Shown here: piece after piece, positions 54,124-64,000 of the stretch
Position numbering within the stretch: the stretch's first letter is position 1
How the letters are laid out: each line of letters begins with the position of its first letter
Assembly (NCBI RefSeq): GCF_006345805.1
Contig: NC_043002.1
Coordinates: 52,142,001 to 52,206,000, forward strand
Length of the DNA: 64,000 nt
Origin: Octopus sinensis
Lineage: Eukaryota
Direction of reading: 5' to 3'
Program-made: the position numbers and the translations under genes
Notes under the pieces: model-generated
Database searches by the model: none
The model's input: only the letters and a program-made list of their open reading frames with translations
Told to the model about the DNA's origin: nothing

Positions 54124-54618
54124 TGAGGGTGGGCTGAAAAGTCCATAGACTGACTATGAAGGAGTGAAGCTAGAGCTATAAAATCTTGCACGCATTAATT
54201 TCAGGTTCTTCTTATTAATAAGTAACTGTATTGTTTCTTTCCAGGTAAACTGGCATCTGACTGTTCAAAGAAGACTGTGGCTTTGATATGGTTGTTCTTC
54301 ATCCTCCGTATTCGTCTGGTTTGATCTGATCTGACTATCATCTGTTCTTCAACAAAAAAAAAAACAAACAAAAAAAAACAAACAAACAAACACTTGGCTG
54401 GGAACCAGTGTCGTAGTTGTAATGACGTCATATCTGTTGTTGATGACTCATTTGACCAACAGCATGAAAATTTCTTCATCAATGGGATCCAAGTACTGCA
54501 ACACCGACGGATGAAGTGTATGGACCTCAAGAGGGACTATGTTTAAAAATAAACTTCAATTGGTCACATTCCATGAAAGTATCTTGGTCAGCCTACGAAC
54601 TTTTCAACCGATCCTCGT
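54124..54618 (+). mobile_element. Non-autonomous mariner derivative
   Basis: TIRs tgagggtgggctgaaaagtccatagactgac / gtcagcctacgaacttttcaaccgatcctcg|ta; C-terminal remnant FFINGIQVLQHRRMKCMDLKRDYV. Confidence 0.8.
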
Positions 54619-55764
54619 ACATATATTTCAATAAATTTGCTGCTGTTGCAGTTATTTCTGTTGTTTTGTGAGAGAGTTTATTGGTTTCATTGCATGAGGA
54701 AGCCTTGGGGGGTCTTACAGGCACATTTTACCGTTCGTAATGTGTTGTCTACGCGTCCTGGTTTGTGGTTGACACACTTTTAGTTTATGGAGGGCTCATT
54801 TTGTTCTAGCAGCGCTCGAATTTCAGGTTCCACGATGTGCGTCTTGCTTTCGTCCGAAGAGCTTCCTGGGGCTCATACCCGATCAAAAATATCGATACCG
54901 TGGCGATGTTCGAAGAAGGAAACAACTTTGTTTGTGCTAGCTGTGTGGATGAAACCACTGCCGCTTGTACAACTAGAAGCCGGCAACGCAGTCTCTTTCT
55001 TTACTTTGTTGATAGTATTAGTAGTGATGGTGGTGGTGGTGGCGGCGGCGGTGGTGGTGATGATGGTGGTGGTTATGGTGGTAGTGGTGATGATGATGAT
55101 GGTGGTGATTGTGGTGGTATTGGTGATGATGATAGTCAAGGTAGTGGTGGTGGTGGTGGTGGTGGTCTTAGCAGTATAAAATGTATTGCTACTGCTGTCG
55201 TTGTTCCTGAATCTTCCCTCTTCTGGCTTTCGATGTTGTTGACGTTATTATTCATCTCAACTCTGTTGTTGCTATTTTTTCCTTTCTTCAACTTCGCCGT
55301 TGTTATTGCCCTTGGTGTTCAGTACTTGTGGCTATTGTTCTTACTATCGTCATTGTTACAAGACGCGTTAATTTGCTAATCTTGTTGTTTGTTCAGTAGG
55401 TTGTGTTGCCGCTACTGCTCCAAATACCTCATTTTCTCTCTGTAACTATGTCAATGACAGCGGCAATGGTGATTCTATTGGATTACCAGCAGAGGGGGAA
55501 GTCTTCACTTGTGGCAAAAGAGAGCCATTGATTAGGAAAATCTTCCCCACTCCTTTCCTCTCTTAATGACTGCCAGGTAAATTTATTTTCGATAAAGAAT
55601 TTCTTTTCAGATCTATAGCCACAAGGGACTAGAGACAACAGAAAGCGAATGCACAACAAATAGGAGACACATTAACAAAAAACAAAAAAAAATAAAACGT
55701 ACAAAAGACAAATTACTTGAAAGGATAACAATAATAACAACTATGATGTTTTCGTATTAGTGAA

Positions 55765-56157
55765 AACTTGGTTGTGTAGTTAAGAAGTCTGCTTGTAACC
55801 ACATAGTTTCGGGTCCAGACCTATTGCGCGGTATCATGGGCAAGCGTATTCTACAATAGCCCCGGGTGGACCAAATAAGTGAATTTGGTAGAAAGAAACT
55901 GTGTGGAAATCTATTACCTATGTATGTATGTAGTATGTATGTATGTATGTATGTATGTATGTATGTATGTATGTATGTATGTATGTATGTATGTAGGCGC
56001 AGACGTGGCTGTGTGGTAAGAAACTTACTTTCCAACTTTATGGTTCCGGATTCAGTCCTACCGCTAGGCACATTGGGAAAGTGTCTTCTATTACAGCATC
56101 GGGCCAACCAAAGGTTTTGAGTGGATTTGATAGACAGAAACTGAAAGAAGCCCGTCG

Positions 56158-56188
<31 letters not shown>

Positions 56189-56405
56189 CTATATGTTGAT
56201 GTATCTTTGAGTTTGTGTATGTCCCCCATCACCGACATCATTGACAACCTGCGTTAGTGTGTTTACGTCCCCGTAACTTAGCGGTTCAGCAAAAGAGATC
56301 GATATAATAAGTACTAGCCTTAAGAAATAAGCTCTGGGGTCGATTTGCTCGACTAAAAAAAAAATTCCATAACCGCAGTAAAATGACTGAAAAAGTAAAG
56401 TAAAT
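55765..56405 (+). mobile_element. SINE-A head (55765-55915) and full SINE-A (55995-56405)
   Basis: Similarity to the other family A copies. Confidence 0.8.
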
Positions 56406-57049
56406 TTAAAGGGTATGTGTGTGTGTGTGTGTGCGTGTATGTGTGTGTGTGCACGTGTGTGTGTGCGCGTATAGACAGATATATAGATAAATAGATAGAC
56501 AGAAAATAATATGAACAAAAATGGAGAATACCATCTTTATTTGAGGATTACATCATACAGGACCAACGATCATTTCTATTGTGAAAGCATTTTTAGACAT
56601 AGAAAAAAATACAAATTACGAAATCAATACGTATTGGATCGATTGTAAATTTCATTACATTCGCAATTTAAGCGAGCGCAATGTTATCAAAGTAACGGCT
56701 TGAATTCAAAGTGAACTGATATAATGGCTATGCATGAATGTAGACAAAAAGAGTGTTAAGAAGAAATATTATATACTGAGAAAAGCCAGTTGAATATTTA
56801 AACTTATGAAAGTATAAAAATATACGTAGAAATGTTACGTTAGTATATTTACTTATTTGGTTATTTAGGAATGTTCAAAATAATTGTTTTTTTAAATTTA
56901 GAAAAATTATGCTTAATAAATTAAAGGAAAGGCAGTCACAATGAAGGTGCTTCTTATTGAAATATTTATGCGGACATTTCAATGTAAGATTGATTCTAGA
57001 ATTTAATAATTTTTATTTTAAATTAATTGCATAATACATTTCTTCAAGG

Positions 57050-57605
57050 CAAAGATCACATTTAAAATTACCAGTATTGTACAGTGGAGCTTAACTTATA
57101 AATTAACTACCTCAAATCGTTTTTAATGTTTTTGCTTTTCAAATCTCTAATGCATCTTCTAAGATTCGTAGAATTACATCTTTTCCTAAACTTAAATGAA
57201 GAAGAATGGTTATATAACCTAGATTTCTAAATTGTGAACTAGTGTAATAATACGTACAATCACCTGCAATTGCCATATATTGACATTCTAGATTCTTTCT
57301 TAAACAACGATGTTCTAAAGGACACATAAGTTTGTTTTCAGTAGAAAGGAGTTTGTTCGTTCCTAAGAAGTCCTAACGCTACCCTCAGAATTAGATGTTA
57401 AAACAGGATTATTAGCAGTATTGTTACTAGGTGTTATCTTAAAGGTATTATCAATTTCACCGTCGGATTTACTTTCACCTAAAGTATCAAGACATGATGA
57501 TTATTTCCGCTAAATCAGCATCTAAATCATTATTTATGTATACATTAGAGTCGGGATAAACTTTATCATTATTATCATTAGTAATATTATTACTTTCACT
57601 GTTAA

Positions 57606-57671
<66 letters not shown>

Positions 57672-57696
57672 CATCATCATTATCATCATCATCATC

Positions 57697-57747
<51 letters not shown>

Positions 57748-58870
57748 TATTATTATTATTATTATTATAAACATTCTGACACCTGCAAGTATAAACTCCT
57801 TCAGGTCAGTTAGTATTACAGTTTATCGCACAATTAATCCTATCATTCCTACTTGGGTTTACTATTTTAAAGTTGATATACTCTTTAAATTGTACCTTTA
57901 TTATGTACTGCGATATCTGCTATATTTCTGATGGCTGAATAAGAAAATTTTACTTTATGGTGATTTAATAATTTACCGCACTTAAAGGTGGGAAATATTT
58001 AACAAGTGCTACAAAGAATTTCCGAGGAATATTAGTATTAATGTAAGATGAAAATCATTCATTATACCTGATAATATTCTTTGATTTAGTATTCCTTTTA
58101 TTTACATAGACATTCTTTGTAGTACTAACATTCGTGGAATTACCTCCATGTTCATAATGCCCCAGCATGGCCACAGCTCATGAGCTGAAACTAGAATCAA
58201 TCAATCAAAATCCTTAATTTTATTGCTAAAATTTGATGTTTTCTTGCCATAATTCTAATGCTTTAAGTTAATCAAATCTATACACTCTTTGTTATTATTT
58301 GTAATGTTTATAACAACCATACCTTTACTGTATTCAGAGTTACCTCTACACTTATTAATATTAATCAAAATTATTGTGTCAGTATGTTTGTCTTTAAAAT
58401 TCGCTTACCTATCGTATTAGTGTTATTATTCTTGCTATTATTTACCTTACTTCAGGCGGCGAGCTGATAGAATGCCACCGAGGTCGACTTTGCTTTCATC
58501 CTTTCGGGGTCGATAAATTATGTATCAGTAGAGTACTGGGGTCAATGTAATCGACTCTCTCCCTCCCCAACAATTTCAGGCCTTGTTCCTATAGTTGAAT
58601 GGATTATTTACTTTACTTAATGTATTTACTCTTATCGCACTGTCCATCAAGATTTCCATATTTAATATCGTATCATTACTGGATATTTTATTAGTAGTGG
58701 GATTCGGGATATCGTAAAGTTTAACCTTATACCCAGCTTTAGATAATGCGTGGTTATAGTAATTTTCACTTTGTATAAATACATATTCATTTGCGGAATA
58801 GGTTAGTTTTTCTTTCGGAAGCTTTATTTCTTCAGTGCTTTTAGCTGATTGTCCTTCATGCACTAGATGT
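57050..58870 (-). mobile_element. Decayed Penelope-like element interrupted by (TTA)n, SINE-B (58455-58605) and a LINE tail (58155-58210)
   Basis: SANEYVFIQSENYYNHALSKAGYKVKL (post-RT region), SKNIIRYN..LVKYFP (linker), CPLEHRCL and RLYNHSSSFK (GIY-YIG region). Confidence 0.65.
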
Positions 58871-59114
58871 TCGTTAGTAAAGCAAAATTATTAGAACATG
58901 CAGCCTAATTGATTTCCAGTTGAGTACCGAGCTCAATGTTCGACTAACCGCCCCACCCCCCAATAATTTCAGCTCTTGTGCCTATAGTGGAAAGGATTAA
59001 TAAACAGGTTTTATCTCACTTCCCAAAAGGTCATTTAAAACCTTCAATTTGAAGAAGAGAAGCATTGTTGACTTTTCAGGCACCATTAAACTGGAAGACA
59101 AAATTATCTTTTCT

Positions 59115-59490
59115 CTTTAACTTGTTTCAGTCATTGGACTGTGGCTATGAAGAGACTGCCTTTAAGGGTTTGGGTGAACAAATCGACTTCAGCATGTAAT
59201 TTTAAAACCTGGTATTTATTCTGTTTATTCTTTTGCTGAACCGCTATGTTACGGGAACGTAAACAGATCAGCACCCGTATTCATAAGTTGTCATGCTATG
59301 GGGGAGAGACAAGTACAAATACACACACATGGTAGGTTTCCATATAGTTTCCACCTGCCAAATTCACCCGCAAGACATTGATTGGCCTGGAACTATAGTA
59401 AAAGGCACTTGCTTAAGGTACCTTGCAGTGGGACTGAACCTGAAATCACGGAGTTGTAAAACGAGTTTCTTAACCACACATCCATGCCCA
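59115..59490 (-). mobile_element. Diverged SINE family A
   Basis: Tail tgtttcagtcattggactgtggctatg; head ...taaccacacatccatgcc. Confidence 0.75.
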
Positions 59491-61218
59491 CAAGCCGAGA
59501 AAATTTAGTGTATTTAACACTCACTTTGAAGCATTAAGAGAAAATGGTAGCGACAAAGTAATACCGGGTGTTGCACGAATTTTCTTTTATCGACCCACGA
59601 AGGATGAAAGGATTAAGTTGATGTATTTGGTGTTATGAACTTAGAACTCTACGAAACGTAAGTAAATATAACAAAGCAACTTGCTTGTTGATCTATTTTT
59701 GATTCTACCTATCTATTGCTCTTTAGTAGTTTGATAATAATAACTAAACGCAGATCCTAGAATCTGCATGCGGTTTTCTAATCAAGGGTGTAAAGGCTTT
59801 GCATAGGATTAGCAGTTGTTCAAGGTTGATTGTTTCCTTTGGCCCTTTGTAATACTTGGAATAAGTTTCGTTGGTATTGCTTATACCGTTTCTTAGACAA
59901 ACAGTTAAAATTGTTCACCATCATCTATTATCCTGGCAGTAAAATCAATAACACACATGCACAAAAAGAGAAATAATGAGAGTTATAGCGTTAAACAAAA
60001 CGGATAACTGAGTATTTTGATACTGTATTGGAGTCTAGATTACACCATTCATTTTAATAATTCGTCTACCTAACTAGCTATCAATCTTTCTATCTGTGAG
60101 GTCACTTAACTCATGCTGTTAATATAGCCAGTTTAAGGTTTAAGTGTATGTCGCGTAATCTATTCAATCAAACCAAATGAACTTCAAGCTATGGTCGGAC
60201 ATAAATCGTCTGGCTCACCTAACACTGTTGATTTTCTTCATAAAGTATGTAAATATCGGCGTTGTGAAGCTGGTGAAAATCCTTTCAAATATAGGTCAGT
60301 CATTCATTATAAATACCTCACACTATCCTGTAACAAAAAATAACAATAAATAAATTGAAAAATAAAGACAGCAACAATAATATGTGACGTGTGTATATGT
60401 ATATGAGTTGTTGACATTGGCGTTTGTTGTTTGAAATGTATTCTTATTTTTGCGTGTGTGTCAGATAAAGTATTATCATGTAAATTCTGAATAGTCAACC
60501 AACATAGTTGTGTTATAACGAAATCATTTACTACGTAGATCAAGCGCTTTCATCTAACGCACAGATGATAGTTCTCATTCAATGAAAAACAGTACTATGA
60601 AATGTATATCACAAACAAACAAAAGCACATGCGTAAACGCACTAACTGTTACAGACGCGTACACATACTAACATACACATTTATACATGCACATACACAC
60701 ATATTTCTAAGCTAGAGAGAAGGCCAGATTTAATATATCTAGGAATATCAATGATATGATTTTATCTTACGGCAAATCCAAGGAAAGTTTATAGAACAAC
60801 GTGTTCCACCTCTCATCGCATATATTAACTTTACGAAGACTTTCTACAGTGTGAGAAGTGAGGGCTTGCAGTCTCTGCTCAAAAGTTATCGGTGACCAGA
60901 CAAAATTGTGCAGATTGTCGTGCAATTTCGAGACGGTCTGTCTACCACGACCTAATTTGGGTACTACAGACGGAACCTTTCCCAGTCGTTGGAGTAAAGC
61001 AAGGCACTGGCTTCAATCAAACACTTTTTGTATTTTTAAGTATTTTTGTATGTGCATATATGTTTTTTTTTACCTTTAGTGTTTATATATCTATTTCTTT
61101 TATATGTTGAAGGCCATGGTATTATTTGTATAGGATAAAATGTATAGAAGCGTGGGATTACATGAAATCGTTGACCCGAATTTGATGTTTGTTCTCTAAT
61201 CAATGATCTTATCTCTGT

Positions 61219-61262
<44 letters not shown>

Positions 61263-61296
61263 ACAAAGTGAAGTTGTAAGGTACCGCACGAGTGGA

Positions 61297-61950
61297 AATA
61301 TATATGAAAGAAGGTTTGAAAATGCAATTTTAAAGATGTTTATTCACATGACCTGTTTCACTTTTTTTAGTAAAAGATTGACAAAAGTAAAATGTAAAGC
61401 TTTGTTGTGTTAAGTATTGGTTGTCACAAAATATTACAATACTAGCAGTATCGCCCGGCGTTGCTCAGGTTTGTAAGGGAAATAACTATAAAGCATTTTT
61501 AGAGAGTTATAGCCAAAAAATAGCAAAAAAATGGAAAAAAATGATGGTAATTTTTTTTTGAGAGTTAAAAAATGTCGAGTTGCGTCACCTAGACAGTCTG
61601 TGGTTTGTGTTTCTGATTCTCGACCCCATGTCGAATTTATCGATTTTTTTCAGAACTGGGGGAACTTTTCAAAATTTTCGCTGCGTTAGTTTTGAATTAT
61701 GTCATTGGGCTATGTGTGTGTCAAGTTTCATCAGAATCGGTTGAAAGCCGTGGTCAGGGTGAGGGTACAACCAAACAGACACACAGAAACACACACAGAC
61801 AAACTGCCGTTTATATAGAGAGATGACAACCAGTACTTAACACAACAAAGCTATTACAAAGCGTTACATTATACTTTTGACAATCATTTACTAAAAAAGT
61901 GAAACCGGTCGAGTGAATTAACATCTTTAAAATTGCATTTTCAAACCTTC

Positions 61951-61965
<15 letters not shown>
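61297..61965. repeat. ~130-bp-arm inverted repeat split by a Helitron
   Basis: 61297-61427 is the reverse complement of 61824-61965. Confidence 0.85.
61442..61823 (-). mobile_element. Non-autonomous Helitron
   Basis: Minus strand reads A|TCTCTCTATATAAAC...cctgagcaacgccgggcgatactgCTAG|T; its 3' ~30 bp are shared with 36768-36795. Confidence 0.78.
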
Positions 61966-61993
<28 letters not shown>

Positions 61994-62628
61994 TAACTAA
62001 AAAAAATGTTCTCGTTCCAAGTCATATTCGGTTACATTGTCGCATTGTTTATTAGATTGATCCGTGTGCTTGGTTGATAATTATTCTATCTACCAAGGAA
62101 GAAAAAGAGCTGGAACGTAACGTCGAGCACTGTGAGAATTGAACTCGGAACGCAGAGTGATGTAACTAAATATCGCAACACATGTTGCTCTTTACCTTCT
62201 ATATCTTGCCCAAATCATTGCCCTGTTTGACCAACACCCATACAAACGCATACACGCGCGCGCACACACAAGTTTAATATCTGTTGATTCACAGAAAAAT
62301 TGGTATACATAGTTGCTGATTTTAACTGAAATGAATATTTTATGGTGCTCTCAGAAACAATAATTGTGATTACGAAACAGCAGAGACATTTCCGCTAGAG
62401 CAGCGCAAGTCTTTTCTGTATCCGTGCGTGCGCTAATCTTGTTTCTATCATTGATGTTGTTGCATCACAGCTGTCTTATATTTCTCCCTCTTCCTTCCTT
62501 TAAAAATTGTTTATTACATCGTCAACTGAAGCGAGGCCACCGGTGGTGATGGAAAAATATAAGTATGACGTAAAGGCATGAAATTTGACAACACTTTTGT
62601 CCGGTGTTTTTTCTTTTGAGTTTCCGAG

Positions 62629-62717
<89 letters not shown>

Positions 62718-62718
<1 letters not shown>

Positions 62719-62888
62719 GAGGACATGGCTGTATGGTTAAGAAGCTTGCTTTGCAATCACATGGTTTCGGATTCAGTCCCATTACGCGGCATCTTGAGGG
62801 AAGTGTCTTCTAATATAACTTCGGGACGACACTGGCCAATGCTCTGTAAGTGAATTTGATAGACAGAAACTGTATGGAAGCCTGTGGC

Positions 62889-62935
<47 letters not shown>

Positions 62936-63012
62936 TGTGTCTTTGTGCGTGTGTTTATTCCCACCACCGTTTGACAATCGGTGTTGATTTGTTTATATCC
63001 CCGTAATCTAAC
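62718..63012 (+). mobile_element. SINE family A, 3'-truncated
   Basis: ggacatggctgtatggttaagaagcttgc...(TG)n...ccaccaccgtttgacaatcgg. Confidence 0.8.
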
Positions 63013-63180
63013 AAGAGTACTGGCTCTTGTTTATAGATATCCGCTTTGCATACAACTTATTTGTTACTGCATGCCGATGTCAGTCAAACTGTTAATAATT
63101 CCCAAGGCATACACAGAACATCAAGAATCCCAACAGATTTCTATAAACAATAGATTAGATTCATTGTTCCAAGGGTAATT

Positions 63181-63227
63181 TTGACTGAGGAGACTTACAA
63201 AAAGGTCGAAACACTGCAGTGTCTTAG
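63181..63227 (+). ncRNA. Type I hammerhead ribozyme motif at the 3' end of a probable PLE fragment
   Basis: ttga-CTGAGGA-gactt-acaaa-aaggtc-GAAAC-ACTGCAGT-GTC-ttag: full core, GTC cleavage triplet and the 12-bp palindrome ACACTGCAGTGT as stem III. Confidence 0.75.
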
Positions 63228-64000
63228 TCTCCTTTTATAAATAAATAGAGTGTGCTTTAAACAGACATCGTCTAAAATGAGTTGTTCTCCGACGTTGAAA
63301 GACAACAACGCTCAGTATGTTTATGTTCGAATCTGCCAGAACGTATTGAGAATGAATTGGTACCTTATCTGCGAATTCAAGGATGGAATTTCGAGGTTGT
63401 TTGAATTTACGATGGTCTCACTGTTCTCTTGAAAGCAGACATTCAACACAGCTGAAGCAATATGAAATGTAGCTGCAACAAGCACGATGAATTAGTTATC
63501 CCTCGACCAATACCACCCTGCTTTCCTTCGGACTACCACACAGCCAAACCAAAGAGCCTTGCTGGTTCAATGCCGTACTTTCTTCGTCAGTCGGCAACAT
63601 CATGACGGTGAGTACGCAAGCATTGCATTTTATTGTATCCCGATCACCGCGGATGTAAGCTACATAAATACTACTGTAGAGCTCTTGTCGATAGACTATG
63701 ACTGTACTTGCTGTTTCTTCGTCAGAATTCGAGACGTTTTTCTCATCCCGCTCCTCTAAACGATGTCATGAAGAGGAAGCTCGACGCTGCTGTTTCCCTG
63801 TCACAAGTGGAGCTTGTTTGTCTCTTACAAACAATTGAAGTTTGGACGGGGTTATTCATTTCCCGTTCGAGAGAGGCAAATCACTTAAAGGGACGCTACG
63901 TATTGTGATGTACTTCAGTGTCAAGTTAGTCAACTAAGCAATAAAAACCTGAGCTGTCGTGCTATGAGTCATTGACCTACAAATTTCCTTTTCGCACCTG

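Noticed and set aside
63240-64000. Host exon ending at a GTGAGT donor (~63609)
   Set aside because: No convincing acceptor or recognisable protein; short frames and a KEPCWFN motif fit an old LINE remnant equally well.

Overview
This is eukaryotic, AT-rich DNA saturated with repeats. The SINE families and very high microsatellite density suggest an octopus or related cephalopod genome (recognition-based inference). No intact host protein-coding gene can be supported: almost every ORF in the track is a microsatellite translation or a broken transposon frame. The window contains at least four tRNA-derived SINE types, CR1-group, RTE and R4/Dong-type LINE fragments, Penelope-like element (PLE) remnants, Tc1/mariner, Chapaev-like and possible hAT DNA-transposon relics, and non-autonomous Helitrons. 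The most interesting signal is a dispersed set of minimal type-I hammerhead ribozyme motifs (CTGANGA...GAAAC-palindrome-GTH). They lie in short, non-coding elements anchored in (TA)n that form direct and inverted repeats. One unit (8.3-9.2 kb) has two hammerheads 561 nt apart and looks retrozyme-like. Also notable are a LINE/SINE shared 3' stem-loop with compensatory changes, locally templated inverted duplications, and a minisatellite born inside a SINE. Coordinates were read by eye and are approximate (about +/-10-30 bp) unless a motif is quoted.
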